IMG/VR virus record: IMGVR_UViG_3300013947_000022
Coordinates: 32,001 to 96,000 of that record
Length of the DNA: 64,000 bases
Source: a virus
Taxonomy: Duplodnaviria; Caudoviricetes
Direction: 5' to 3' (one strand)
Under the pieces are notes generated by a model. The model worked only from the letters and a program-made list of their open reading frames with translations. It searched no databases and had not been told where the DNA came from. The position numbers were made by a program, and so were the translations under genes. Of this stretch, positions 13,801 through 26,081 are shown piece by piece. Position 1 is the stretch's first letter, and the number at the start of each line of letters is the position of its first letter.

Positions 13801-16800
13801 CTTCAGGTGAGTATTATGAAGCGCGTCAATAGATTCTTGAAAATCTTATTCAGGCTTTTGGTGGATATGCTGACTTGGACGACGATGAAAAGAAGATTCT
13901 TATTAAGCTTGGTTTTGAGATGGATGATGATGGTAATTGGTTTGATGCAACAGATATTCGCAAAAAGATTGAAGACGAGGGGCTTGGTGCGAAATTAAAT
14001 AATGTTAATCTTGATGCGTTTTCAAAAGATGATTTGGAAAGAGTTTATAAGATTCTTAACGGCTCTACTTTTGGAACAACCTTTAATACAGAACAACTTC
14101 AACAAGCGGTATTTGCAGATAAATATTCCGATGCGGGGCTTTCCAAGCTCGTTTCTCTTTATAAGAATTATGCTGATGAGGAAGATTTAACTCCCATCGA
14201 GCAAAAGAATAAAGAGTTTATTGAGGGTAAACTTGATGGTTGGGCTAAAGAACTTGGTGTTGTTAAAAACGATTATAAAGATATTAGTGATTATTATGAT
14301 GCGATAATCCATAAAGCTAAAATTTATGGCGATATTGATAGTGCTGGAATGTCTCAGGAAACCCCAGAAGAAGTTAAAGACCGTATGGACAAGTACGCTA
14401 AATATTATAAATTTATTCGAGATGAGTATTCTAAAACAGGAAAGTGGGATTTAGATACTTACAATGAAATGATTAAAGATAAAGATTTGCAAGGATATTT
14501 AGCAAACAATGATGTGAACGGTTTAAGTAAATTCTTAGAGGAGACCTTAAAAGACGCTCCTAATATTTATAAAAATGCCTATCAAGCAATTCTTTGGGAA
14601 AATGAAGACATTAACAAAGAAATGCAAGAAAAACACAAAGAAACCTACGAAGAATTTGAAGAAGATTATGGGTTTGACTTAACTAATTTTACCACTTTGA
14701 CGGCTGCAAAAGACGCGATTAATTCTTATACAAATGGTTTAATGACCAGTAATTACGAACAGTGGAAAAATGCGTTGGCTTCAATCTATCAAGAAGATTT
14801 GGCTCAATTTACTTCTGCGGCTATGCAAAAAGCGGCAATGAATAATCTAATAATGGATTCGTTGGAAATGTCTGATTCTGATAAGCGTATCTTTTTGAAC
14901 CAAACTTCTGCTGAGTGGAAAGCCGCAGGCGGCGAAGAAGGAACTGGCTTAACTTTGTCGGATTATAGAAATCAAGCGCTATTTAAGAAAGACCAAGAAG
15001 TAAAGACTGCGGCTTTTAAAGATGGTTTACAAGGATATGCTAATGCAATAGGAGAAGCGTTGCAAACTGTTGCCAATCTTATTCCACGGGGAGATGTTAA
15101 TTATGACACTCTTGATGATGGTACGTCTCAATTAGGTAAAGAAATAGAGCGTATTGAAGCTCTAATTGGTATGTACCAGAAAGAATATTATCTCCGTAAA
15201 TCTTTAATTGAGCAAGGTAATCTTACTGCTGAAGGACAAGATTCCTTCATGGGTCCTGAGTATTATGACCGTATGCGTAGTGCTTATGAAATGCAAGCGA
15301 ATTATTATAAACAACGTATTCCTTGGGATAAAGATATAAGCCAATGGTCTGCTGAACAAATGGGTTATTATCAGAAGTATCAGCAAGCAATGATAAATCT
15401 GAACAACCTCGATGATGAACAGGTGGAAGATAAAATCAACATTTTATAGCTTCAGGATGTCTCCTATGACCAGCTTATCGCGGCTCAGGAAGAGTTAATT
15501 AAAACTTCTGATACCTTGGAAGAACAGATTACTCGTGAGAATGAGCTTAATAATCTTATTAAACAACGCTATGAGCTTTATAGAGATATTGCAAGTTGGC
15601 AGAGAGAAATGTTGGATATTGCTCTCGAATATGAGAGTGGAAGTCCTGATACTGCCTTGTATGCTGACCTTGTTGGTCAAAAGAAACAGAATCTTGAAAA
15701 TGAGATGGAAGCTGTTAAGCAAAGAATGGCTGAAATCCAAGATTCTGACCGCAAGGATAAGCAAGAAGAGCTTAGGAATCTTGCCAAACAGTATGCAGAA
15801 CTTTATAAAGAATATGCTACTGTTGATATTGATGTTCTTAATGATAAACTCGATGTTCTTGAAAGAAGACTGGATTTGCTTGAAAAGAGCAAACCTCAAG
15901 AGTGGGCAAAATATGATGATATTGCACCTTATTATCAGCAGAATATCGGTTATCTTGAGCAAAAAGCCTCTTTAATTAGAGAGCAGCTTGAAGATGTTTC
16001 AATGCTTACTGATGAGCAAGTTCAAGATTTGGTAGACCAACTTAATGATGTGACTGTAGCTTTGCATGAAGCTCAAATGCAATTACTGGAAGACCAAAAG
16101 AATTATAAGGAAAGTCAATATGACGCTTTGGTGTCTAAGGTTCAGGAATATATTACTGAGCTTGAAGATGCTATGGATGAGATTGAAAAAGCTTATGAAG
16201 ATGAACTTAAGCCTTTGGAGCAAATTAACGAGGAATTAGAAAGACAGGCAAAACTCGAAGATTTGCTTGCTGCGAAGAAACGTGCGGCGTAGGAGAAGGA
16301 GAGAGTATATCGCGAGGGAATCGGATGGGTGAAATGTTTGCCCAAAATGGACTATATCGGTTAAAAACCAGAGATGGTTAAGACCGAAGTAAGACTTTTA
16401 TTTGTTTGAAAATAAAAAAGAAAGGAGGAGAAAATGGATTATCATTTAATTACTGATGAAGAAATTGCAGAAAAAGCTAAAAAATTAAATGTGGAAATTA
16501 TTAGGCGTTTTAGTCGAAATGGACATAGTTATGTTGAAACACATTGTTTAACTCATCCTAATAAACCCAATATAGAAGTAGAATTATATAATTTTTTAAA
16601 TCGAAATACTACTTGTGGTTGTCTGTTACAAAGGTACACAATAGAAGATTTAAAAAATAATCCTAAAGTGAGACAAGATTTAGAAATTATTGGAGAATAC
16701 AAAAATAATTCTACGCCAATAGAATGTTAGTGTAAAGTATGTAACTATAAATGGTTTGTTAGTCCTAACAAATTGACATAGGGTAGAGGATGTCCATTAT

Positions 16801-18555
16801 GCCATTCTAAGAAAATGTCTTCAGGAGAAAGATATATTAGTAAGATATTATAGGAAAACAAAATAGATTTTATATCTCAAAAAATATTTCCTGATTTAAA
16901 AGGGGGAAACAAAACTCGTTTACGTTTTGATTTTTTCTTACCTGATTTTAATTTATGTATTGAATTTTAGGGAATTTAGCATTATTAGCCTACAGTTTTT
17001 AGAATAAATAGAAAAAATAAAACGAAAGAAGAACTTTAGGAAGAAGCAAAGAAAAAATTCGAAAGAAGTTAGATAAATGACAAGAAAAAAGAAATATATT
17101 GTCAAGAAAAGGGTATAAATTTATTGGTTGTTCCTTATTATCAAAAAGAAGACATTGAACAAATAATTTTAAATAAAATCAATCAAATAAAAGAAACTCT
17201 AACGACTGCGGGATGTTAATGGTAACATTAACATTGAAGTCCATTCTATTGAAAAATAGTAATATACAGTCTGAACTCACACTATAATCTAAAGATGAAA
17301 TGTGAGAAGCAGGATGAAAGTCCTGCTCGCCTTTATTAATATTTTAATAAAGGTCATAAAAGCAACAGAATGATACGAATCCCCTCGTTCTAAACAACGC
17401 GAGGCACAAAAAGACCTTGATACATTCAATCGCCAAGACCGCATTGACGACCTTACAGGCACGAAAGATGCAGAAAAAGAAGCTCTTCAAGAGAGAATAG
17501 ATAATCTTAATCTATACCTTAAAGCGCTTGAGTGGAGCTGGAATGAAGCTGAACGCATAGAGCGTGATAGACTTCTTGCCGAAATGATGAACATTGACGA
17601 ATCTCTCTCTAACGAAGAGATTCAAAAAGAGATGCGTCAACGTATCATGGATGATATGCAAAACTTTATTGAAGTCCAAAATAATGATTATCAGAATTAT
17701 CTTGGTATCTTCTCTAATTTCATTAATTCTTATACGCAATTAGTTCTTCAACTTGCAGAGCTTCAACGTCAAGCGCTTTCATTGATTGATTCCAGTCAAT
17801 ATTTAGGCTCGAATGCTGGTGGTTCATTCTCCATCACTGGTGCAACAGGTGGTGGCGGTTTTGGTAATGCACTTGACCGACTTGATAGTGGAGTGGATTA
17901 TTCTCGTGATTTCCAAGCTGAGATTAATGCCGCTCTTAAAGACCCACGGAATTATGGTCCTGATGGACAATTAAGTGCCAACGGCAGGGCTCATTTAGCG
18001 AAACTTGAAAAGTATCGCAACGAGAAAATCGACTTGGGGCTTGGTGGCAATTATGAAAAGACTTATAACTACACTTCAACACGAGACGGAAGCTCTTCTG
18101 GTGGCGGGGGCAATAAGACTTCTTCCAATAGTCCTTATAACTCCAAAACAGATTATAATAACGAGTCTAAATACCTTGATAATCTTATCAAAAATGGCTC
18201 TGCTGGTCAAAAAGCTTGGGCTCAAAATTAGAAGAAGGAACTCGACAAGGCTCAAAAAGGATATGCCGATGGTATTGAAAATGGTCCTGTCACCTACACA
18301 GGTTTATCAATGCTTCATGGTACACCTTCTGAGCCTGAATACGTTCTCAATTCTGACCAAGCATATAATCTCCTGCGCAATTTGGCAACGACCAGAATGC
18401 CTGAGTACACTTCTACTTTGACTCAAGACATGGGTGTTTCCTATGTTATTCAAGGTGATGTGGTGCTTGAGAATTGTGACGACCCAGCACAATTCTGGAA
18501 TCAAGTAATGGCAGCAACACATAATCGTTACAACGTGACGAAGAATAAGCGTTAA
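1887..18555 (+). CDS. Giant multidomain tape-measure protein (~4,738 aa; exons 1887-9977, 11388-16330, 17373-18555) with N-terminal DEDDh exonuclease, RNA-polymerase-like and RecB-like nuclease regions
   Basis: GGAGG RBS and ATG 1887. The track fragments (2250, 3255, 4734, 8400, 8913 | 11385, 11760, 12192, 12504, 13515, 13875, 15516 | 17584, 18310) share a frame within each exon and are separated only by TAG (~18 counted) or by two group I introns. Tape-measure motifs: AANDWLRAGY, VVDKLVAVD, SAESVGESFKTLYAR, AGTR(TAG)RENF, GIGWVYE, YADG...MLHG...EPEYVLN. Confidence 0.88.
2670..3330 (+). other. DEDDh 3'-5' exonuclease domain within the giant tape-measure protein
   Basis: ExoI WDLETTGLD (D 2685, E 2691), ExoII LVGWNSEGYD (D 3027), ExoIII GAHEAxSDV (H 3294, D 3309). 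The domain spans an in-frame TAG at 3222. Confidence 0.75.
5100..7000 (+). other. Two-barrel (DPBB) RNA polymerase-like catalytic region within the giant tape-measure protein
   Basis: GRYP (R at 6825) is followed 37 codons later by LHGDFDGDY (DFDGD 6936-6950), resembling the beta' RxP...NADFDGD arrangement. Upstream GTKLTLGYGGR (K 5139, R 5163) has the K/+8 basic spacing of the beta GDKxxxRHGNK motif. Confidence 0.65.
8180..8700 (+). other. PD-(D/E)xK RecB/Cas4-like nuclease domain within the giant tape-measure protein
   Basis: FSVTE, GTYAH (8268-8282), ITE, GTMD (D 8553), NDWK (8595-8603), QMQVY (8658-8672): RecB-family motif order. Confidence 0.7.
9978..11387 (+). mobile_element. Group I intron 1 of the tape-measure gene, with endonuclease ORF
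   Basis: 5' exon ends CAGGT, which pairs with intron GCCTG (P1 with U.G at the splice site). Core-like AACGACC/TGGTCTGAAC elements; ends ...AACAGAGTG. Splicing gives SAQLAG|SSLDNYIAY in frame. Confidence 0.85.
10137..11195 (+). CDS. Intron-encoded homing endonuclease (Zn ribbon, EKYG repeats, C-terminal Vsr/DUF559-like nuclease)
   Basis: AGGAGG RBS and TTG start. Track ORFs 10113, 10461 and 10815 join through TAG at 10398 and 10644. Motifs CDYC/CVKC, KEKYG/QEKYG/LEKYG, YFLDG...FEYNGSGHD. Confidence 0.7.
16331..17372 (+). mobile_element. Group I intron 2 of the tape-measure gene, with endonuclease ORF
   Basis: Exon TGGGT pairs with intron GCCCA (P1, U.G). AACGACTG/CAGTCTGAAC core; ends ...AACAGAATG like intron 1. 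Splicing restores REGIGW-V-YESP and the downstream frame. Confidence 0.88.
16434..17219 (+). CDS. Intron-encoded homing endonuclease (Zn fingers plus Vsr/DUF2726-like nuclease), 261 aa, 8 TAG codons
   Basis: AGGAGG RBS. With TAG=Gln it reads ...CKVCNYKW...QGRGCPLC...SSGE...LRFDFFLPDFNLCIEFQGIQHYQP...; ends TAA. Confidence 0.8.
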
Positions 18556-18629
18556 TAAGTATAAAATGAACAGGTAAATAAAAAAATACTTTTATTTACC
18601 AAAATTGGACAGCAAAACCTAAAAAATAC

Positions 18630-18663
18630 AGGAAGAGGTTGAGGATTCAACTCGCCTCTTCCT
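18630..18663 (+). terminator. Hairpin after tape-measure gene
   Basis: AGGAAGAGG...CCTCTTCCT inverted repeat followed by a T-rich tract. Confidence 0.5.
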
Positions 18664-18697
18664 CTTCCTATTAATTTTTGTAAAGGAGTTGATTAAT

Positions 18698-21600
18698 ATT
18701 TTATATAAGTCGAGCAATTTGCAACCGAACCTGAGTGAGATAGATGTCACAGAAAATAATATTCTATCAGCTTAGGTTAATACTACAGGTACAACCGTAA
18801 AAGCTTGTCGTGTAAAAATAATTACAGGCGACGGAAATGATGTGCTTTATGATTCAGATAATGGTTATTCAGCATCAAATCTTCCTCCGAACTTAAAAAG
18901 ACCTGTGGTAAATAAAGGCACAGTTGAATATGAATTAACAAGTGAGATTTGTGCAGCAAATAATATTGTTAATGGTAAAGATTATCAATGGAATATTAGA
19001 ACATATGAGGCAAAACGTGGTTCTACTGCATAGCCTCAAACAATGGTTTGCCAAGGATTTTTAGTGGGTTCTACCAAATCTGTAATTTGGACTTCATACA
19101 CGGAAAATTCTGAATTAAATAATGCTTTAATTTATGATAAATATATCGAAATTAAAGGGTATGATTCATCTGGCAATAGTAATTTTATGCCGCTTCCAGA
19201 CCCGAATACAGAGAATCTTGTAATTCCAACTGATAAATCTTTTAAAGAAAGAAAGAAAATTTATTGGGTTGAGAATGAACTTGGATGGAATAAAAATTAT
19301 ACCAAGATTGAATTTGATGACCTGTTCACATATAGCTATAAAGATGGTACGTCTTTTGATATTTACCAATGTGACGACCAACATACTTTAACCTCTTTTT
19401 ATGTTAATCCAAATGACGACCTTGAAAGAGCGAGATGGGTTGAAATTTATAAATCTGATGGTAAATCAATCAATGGTGATACCGCAGTAAAATATAAAAT
19501 TATTGGCTACGGCGAGGAGACGGGTGAAATTAGACTTCAAGAAGCTCTTCCAGAAGTTCCTCAAAATGGATGGACTTATAAACTTTTCGAGAAAGATTCG
19601 GTGAATGATACTTATGAAGAAATTACTGTGGATTCTCCTAACAATATTTTGGGTGGTAGCCCTCTTGCAAGTGGCAAATTAATTTCCAACCGCAATGCTT
19701 CTGAAGGCGTGACGGCTCAATATTTTATTCAACCTAATATTAATATTGGGTCGGATAAATATAATCCCGCTGAAATTGTTTTTGATAAAACAGGAGCAAG
19801 AATTGACCTTTATGAAAAGACTTCTGATACTGTTGTGCCACGGAAAACAACTGATATTACTTTTGATAAGCTTGATAATACTTAGTGGTTAATTGAGGTA
19901 AAAGACGGTATTGTGGAACAAGGTACAATTCCTATTGCTCCTAAAACACCATATACGGCATATACAGATTTTATGGATTCTATGCCAAACGCGATTTTTT
20001 ATGCAAGAACTAAGCCTGAATTAACTATTTACTATAATAACTTAAACGCCACAACTGAAAATGTTTTATATATTACTCCAAATGAGTTAATAGACACTTT
20101 GTTAAAACGGCATAAATATGTTTATATTGAACTATTTGATGCAGATGGTAATGGTGTTACTCCTAAAAACAAAATAGTTTCTTATGATAATGCTATCGGC
20201 TACGTTAGGTGCTCAGATGTTTTTGATTTGTTTTATGAAGATGAGGTTGAATTTTACACTTATAAAATTTATACCTATGATTCTGAAAATAATACTTATA
20301 TAGAGCAAACTGCAATAGAAAATCCAAAGGCGTCGAATTATGCTTCTACTACGGCTGGGACACAACCTTGGAGAGATGTTCATTTTAAAACGGATTGGAA
20401 TTCTGCGGAAAATGTATAGATAAAATATTATAAATACACTTTATATGATTCTTTAGGAAACGCTGTAGCGTAGAGTGAGGATATTTATGATAGTTTATTA
20501 GAATGGTCTTTCAGAGGTCTTCAAACATCAGATGATATAGAATTGCCTAATAAATATACTATTCAAATTGATGTAACTGACCAATATGGAGACGAATTTA
20601 CTTAGACCGCAGATTTTAATATTTGGTATCAAATTGACCAAAATGTAACTCCTCTTGCGACCTCTTTTGATTGTAAGGAAGGAGCTATTTCGTTATATGC
20701 CAACGCTCCTGTTTATACTGCTCCTGTAGAAAGAGATGAGAAGAAAGCTGTTGACGAAAGTAACATTTATATTTTTGGTGATGACCTGCCTTCTAAAGCA
20801 ATTTTAAAAATAGGTGATGGAGAATGTCTGTGTTATGATAGATTAGTAAGTAACGGAAATCCATTAATATTCCCTCCAAGTTTTGTTTTCCTGACGAGAT
20901 TGCAGTTGACTCCAAGATTTAACGAACTAACTCCAACTCCACGGAATCAACTGGTATTTAAAATTGCTCATACTGCTCAATATGGTCAAGAGGCTATAGG
21001 AGACGTTCCTGCGACAGAAGAAATTATTGACACTTACTATTTAAAGTGTGGTAGTACAGAATCTTTTTATATGAATGAATCTGGTACTTTGGTGAATAAC
21101 CCTGACCAATATTTGATTAAAGTTTATAAAAATGATGAAACTGAGCCTTTAATGTGTTTTAAAAATGGCACAGCAAATTCATTTAACATTCAAACCGAAG
21201 ATAAACGCTTTGATGGCAATACAGGTTATTTCTTTAGCCCAACTGCAATTAAAAATGCTTTGCAAGCTCAAACCAGCGTAAAAATTGTTTCCGCTTTACC
21301 TACGACTATTACTCCTGAAACCACAAGCGTTAAGTATTTATTAACAGCTTCATCTGGTAAATATTTAAGTGGCGGTATTTATAAATATAACAGTTTAACT
21401 GAGTCTTGGGATTTGCAAGCAGAAGATTATTATTTCCTTGAAAATGTCTCTCAGGTTGAGGGGGCGACTTATGAGAGCTTGGGTGTTCCAACAGTAGCTC
21501 AAGGAACCAATGGAGAAATTCTTTGGTATGATGAAAATCAAGCGCAAGAAGATGGTTTGGTTTATATTGATTCTCGCTTGGTAAGTGAACTGAATACAAA

Positions 21601-21721
21601 AGCTTTTAACGACCGTTGGTTTTTAATTGTTTTAAAAGTTGTTCGTAAAAATAATGTGAGCAATGTAAGTTGTGATATTAAGATTGAGACCAGAAAGGAG
21701 GTTGTCTCTCATGGCGAATGA
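18698..21721 (+). CDS. Large tail/baseplate structural protein (~1,007 aa; probable ATT start)
   Basis: AAGGAG RBS then ATT TTA TAT AAG. Track ORFs 18842, 19043, 19913 and 20900 share one frame joined by TAG; ends TGA overlapping the next gene. Function inferred from synteny after the tape measure gene. Confidence 0.7.
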
Positions 21722-22820
21722 GACTGAATATAAAAATTATTTGTTTTTTAATAGCAACATAAACGTGGACGTTCTTCGTCTTGACCGAGATACTTCTATT
21801 AGTCTTGATGGGGTAAACAAGGATGGTAAGGATATTTATGCTCTAACACAAGAAAAAAGTATTACAGCAGATACGATTCTATTTAATACTTTTGTATCCA
21901 ATGGTGAATATCAAATTGACGCTCAATATTTTGACCCCGAATCTGAGGAATCTGGTGCTACTTTCTATATTTACAGAAAGACTCCTTATCAAAAATATTA
22001 TGATTATATTTGTTCTCTTGAAAATGGAGCAACAACTTTAAGAGACTATAATGTAGCGAATAATGAATATTATCATTATTTAGCGGCTACAGAGGTTAAA
22101 ACAAGTTCTGGTATCAAATATAAGATTTATCAAAATGAAGAAGAGACCCCCGACAATCCAAAATATGTTCAAGATAGTGAAGGGCTGTATTATCTTCCTG
22201 TTAAATGGGATAATTGGCAAATTTGCGACATTGAAGAAACGGACGAAGAGAATACTTTTATTAAAACTGGTAACACTTGGAATTTGGGACTAAATATGGA
22301 GGATTCGTCTGTAACTCAAAATATAAGTGTTTCGATGTGGGAAACTCTTGGAAGGTTTGATAAATATTCTGTCGGGCAACGCAACTACGACAGTTCCGCA
22401 ATAACTTGTTTACTTGGAGATATGCAAGAAATTCTTCATGTAGAAGGCAGCGGAAATACTATTATTAGTAAGTATGAATATACTGAAGATGCTTATGCGG
22501 TGTCTAAATGTGATTATGAAAGCGAACTTTCGAAAGCTTCTTTGCAAAGTCAAAGTAGATTAAAAGCCGTAACACGCAAAAATCTTATTGACAATAAATA
22601 TCAAAGGTAGTATACTAAGACTGAGGCTTGGAAAGAATTTTGTAGCAATGGAAAATTAAAATTGTTAAAAGACATAAAAGGTAATAAATGGATTTGTCAG
22701 ATTCAAGCCGCTCCTACGAGAACTGTTAATGGAGCCAGTAATTATTTATTAACCACTATTACCTTTGAATGGAGAGAGGCATTAGATGCTTCTACATCAG
22801 TAGTAGTACAAATAGAATAA
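21711..22820 (+). CDS. Tail protein (distal-tail-like), 369 aa
   Basis: AGGAGG RBS, ATG 21711, read-through of TAG 22608 to TAA 22818-22820. C-terminus has LLKDIKGNKW...ITFEWRE; function from synteny. Confidence 0.65.
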
Positions 22821-22844
22821 CAAAGAAAGGGGAGTGCCTAATAA

Positions 22845-24059
22845 ATGAAATTGTTTGGAGATGTTTTATTCTCAAATAGCGAAGATGAAGACATTCCCTT
22901 TTCTAAATTAAAACGACTTTTAGAGATGCCTTATCTAAAACCAAGATACAGGCTGAGTGTATTAACTCAGGATGAGCAAGTAGCATATATTATTCCAGAG
23001 GAAGATATTATTGCTGGTAGTATTAACTATACAGAATCATATCAAAGCGGACAAAGAAGAAACATCTCCTTAGAGTTAGTAAACGCTTCAGGAAAATATA
23101 CTCCGAACGTAAACGGTTTATGGGTAAATAGTCGTTTTAGTTTTGAAATTGGAATTGAATATGCTGGAAGAATAATCTGGTTCCCTAAAGGAATTTATAT
23201 TATGGGGAATTTAGATTTAACCAGAAGTAATTCTGAAAAAACAGTTTCTTTACAGCTTCTTGATAAATATGCCATTTTTGAGGGAAAGACTGGTACCCTT
23301 GAAGTCGCTTACGAAGTGGAGCTTGGAAGTGATATTCGAGATGCTATAAGAGGAATTTTAAATTTTTCTCTTGAAAATGGATATATTTTAGATTATAAAG
23401 ATGTTATTTTTGACCCCTCTTTGGTGGGAATGGTAACACAACAAACAATTAGAGCCGAGCAGGGTGAAAACTATGGAAGTGTCATCGATGCTTTAGCAAC
23501 ACAACTGTCAGCAGAATATTATTACAATAGCGTAGGAAATCTTTGTTTTTATCCAATTAACGAGACGGTTGATGATAGTGTAAAACCAATTATTTGGACT
23601 TATCCTTCCTTGGGTAGAGACTTACATAATATGAGTTTGTCTTACCAAAATGAAGATATTGTTAATTGCGTTAAAGTTGTTGGAGATAATGTTGACGATG
23701 GTATTTATAGTGCTGTTGTTACAAATGAAAATCCCAGTTCTCCTATTTGTATACAACAGGTAGGAAGACGTACTGCACCTCCTTATAGCGAAGCTAACGT
23801 ATGGAGTGATGATTTGGCGCATGACTTAGCTATGTATTATTTAAGAAAATCAAGCTTTGTGGCAGTACAATTTTCGTGCAGTGTAAGTTTTAATCCTGTT
23901 TTAAGCGTTAATAATATTTGCGAAATTGAAGATGAATATTTAAATTTAAAAAGAAATAAACTGCTTATTACTTCGATTTCTTTTACTTCAGAAAGTGGAC
24001 AAATGAGCGTGTCTTTTTGTAATACGGAAGACCTTCCAAGTAACACCAAGAGAACTTAA
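22845..24059 (+). CDS. Baseplate hub/tail protein
   Basis: Intact 404-aa ORF with RBS. GSINYTESYQSGQRRNISL, PKGIY, YYNSVGNL and NCVKVVG are typical of phage hub-like proteins; synteny. Confidence 0.65.
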   Translation: MKLFGDVLFSNSEDEDIPFSKLKRLLEMPYLKPRYRLSVLTQDEQVAYIIPEEDIIAGSINYTESYQSGQRRNISLELVNASGKYTPNVNGLWVNSRFSFEIGIEYAGRIIWFPKGIYIMGNLDLTRSNSEKTVSLQLLDKYAIFEGKTGTLEVAYEVELGSDIRDAIRGILNFSLENGYILDYKDVIFDPSLVGMVTQQTIRAEQGENYGSVIDALATQLSAEYYYNSVGNLCFYPINETVDDSVKPIIWTYPSLGRDLHNMSLSYQNEDIVNCVKVVGDNVDDGIYSAVVTNENPSSPICIQQVGRRTAPPYSEANVWSDDLAHDLAMYYLRKSSFVAVQFSCSVSFNPVLSVNNICEIEDEYLNLKRNKLLITSISFTSESGQMSVSFCNTEDLPSNTKRT

Positions 24060-24073
24060 GAAAGGAGTGAGCT

Positions 24074-25531
24074 ATGAGTAATAGACGTAAAAATCAAAAT
24101 AATTAGTCTGATTATACGATGGATAATTTAGCTGACTCCTTGTTAAATCGCATAATGGCGTGTGTGGATTAGAAAGTTGGGACAACAGATGTTTCAAAAG
24201 GAGCTATCGTTACCAGAGTAAATGAAGATGGAACTGTAAATGTTAGACTTCCAGCAGATGAATCGGGGCAAGAGTTTACTCATATTTCTAATCAAAGCGT
24301 ATATGAACTTTATGAAGGTGATTCCGTTGAACTTTATTTAAAAGGTGGACGCTATTCTAATTGTTGGGTTATAGCTAAACATGGAATGGGCGGAAAAAGA
24401 GTGGCTTTAGAAAGTCAAAAAGGTAATACTGTAGTAGTAAGTGGAGGAAGCTCTACTGGCGGAGGGTCTGGCACTATACCGCAAAGTGTATTATAGCATT
24501 TAGTCAATTACAATAACCCTCATAAAGTTACAAAAGAATAGCTTGGATTAAGCAAGGTGGTAACTTCTATTAATGGTGAAAGTGGAGATGTTAATATTCC
24601 CACTGTCATTAATGACGCCAAATTAACTATTTAGAAAAATGGAACAGAGGTTGGTAACTTTACGGCAAATAGCGCTGAAGACAAAACGGTTAATATTATT
24701 GTTCCGACTAAAATTAGTGAACTTGAGGACGACTCCAGCTTTGCTAAGACAAGCGAACTACCCACAAAAACAAGTCAATTAACAAATGACAGCGGGTATA
24801 TTACTTCTGCGGATATTCCTAATATTCCTGTTACAACTGTTAATGGAAAAACTGGTGCGGTTCAATTAACAGCAACAGATGTTGGAGCTTTACCCGATAC
24901 TACTATAATACCAGATAAAACAAGTTAGCTTACAAACGATAGTAATTATATAACATCGGCAGAAGCCCCTGTTTAGTCTGTTAATGGAAAAACTAATACT
25001 GTGGTATTAGTTGCGTCAGATGTGGGCGCTATATCGGCAGACGATATATCTCAAACATTGGGTAATTCAAACACAAAAGTTCCAAGCGAAAAAGCCGTTG
25101 TGGATGCAATGTCGGCTGCTGGCTATGGCGATATGCTTAAAGCAAAATATGCTAATAATAATACTGATGATACAGTTGATAAAGCATTTTCTGATGCAAA
25201 TGGCAAGAATATTGCTGACACATATGTTCCTAAAGATGGGGGAACGTTAAATAATATAGACGCAAATACTTTAACTACTACAGGAAATTATTTAATTGGG
25301 GAGGGTTGTACCAATTTCCCTGATGGTAGTCAGGGTAGTGTGGTTTAGGTTGTTGGAGCGGGAGGTTCTGCTTATCAAACAACTGTAATATATGCAACAA
25401 ATACATATGCTCACAGGGCATATGACGGAACCACTTGGACTACATGGAAAGATGCAAATGGCGCAGTTGTATCTGCAACACAGCCTCAGTATCAAAATAT
25501 TGGTAGTCTATGGTTTAAAGAAATTACCTGA
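24074..25531 (+). CDS. Tail spike/fiber protein (485 aa, ~8 TAG codons)
   Basis: AGGAG RBS, ATG 24074, ends TGA. Fiber-type repeats NPHKVTKE(TAG)LGL, VTSINGESGDV, VTTVNGKTGAV, PTKTSQLTNDSGY / PDKTS(TAG)LTNDSNY. Mostly missed by the standard-code track. Confidence 0.8.
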
Positions 25532-25659
25532 TTTCATTCGTTGGGTAATAAACAATAAAAACAATTTAGCAATTCCTTATTTCGAAAATATTCATTTTAG
25601 AGGTAAAACCTTTAAATTTAACAAGACAAAAATAATTTTAAAAAACGTAAAAATTTTTC

Positions 25660-25688
25660 TTGACAAACTGCGAAAGGTGTGTTATACT
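25660..25688 (+). promoter_or_regulatory. Sigma70/sigmaA-type promoter at start of replication module
   Basis: TTGACA-17 nt-TATACT with upstream A/T tract. Confidence 0.75.
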
Positions 25689-25785
25689 TCAATCACAGTG
25701 AGAGATGAATCGAGATTTTAGTATAATACACCTTTTTTCACCGCTCACATTTTCCCAGCAAATATAGACGAAAGGGGTAGACAAT

Positions 25786-25947
25786 ATGGTAACTAATCTT
25801 ATTTGCGATGCTTGCAAGTTCCAGCCTAAGTGTGTTGGTTATAACAAGCTCAAGCCTTTTACAGATGAAGCTCGAACCGACCTTGGTATTGAGCTTGAGA
25901 TGCAGAAGTGCAATGATTATGTAGAGCTTGACGATGATGTCGAGTAA
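25786..25947 (+). CDS. Small Cys-containing protein, 53 aa
   Basis: AAGGGG RBS; MVTNLICDACKFQPKC...QKCNDYVELDDDVE-TAA; codon bias similar to the downstream SSB. Confidence 0.6.
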   Translation: MVTNLICDACKFQPKCVGYNKLKPFTDEARTDLGIELEMQKCNDYVELDDDVE

Positions 25948-26081
25948 AACAAACAATTGTAGTGAAATTAGCTTGGGCTAATGGATAGCATACCTAACGC
26001 AAATAAAAGTAGACAAATAAAAATTGACTTTTATTTAGACTAAAACAAAAAATTTTTTAACATTTAAGGAGTAATTTTTTA

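Noticed and set aside
24480-25030. Repeats in the fiber gene as a diversity-generating or invertible cassette
   Set aside because: They are ordinary degenerate protein-level fiber repeats; no reverse transcriptase, template repeat or inversion sites seen.
1887-25531. Interpreting the fragmented structural region as decayed prophage pseudogenes
   Set aside because: Breaks are only TAG in a constant frame (never TAA/TGA or frameshifts outside introns) and fall at Gln positions, so recoding explains them.
25392-25721. 109-aa ORF spanning the fiber gene end and the promoter
   Set aside because: Overlaps the true C-terminus of the recoded fiber gene in another frame and runs across an intergenic promoter.
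25948-26081. Possible structured RNA or leader upstream of the SSB gene
   Set aside because: Only short, weak pairings; no recognisable family.
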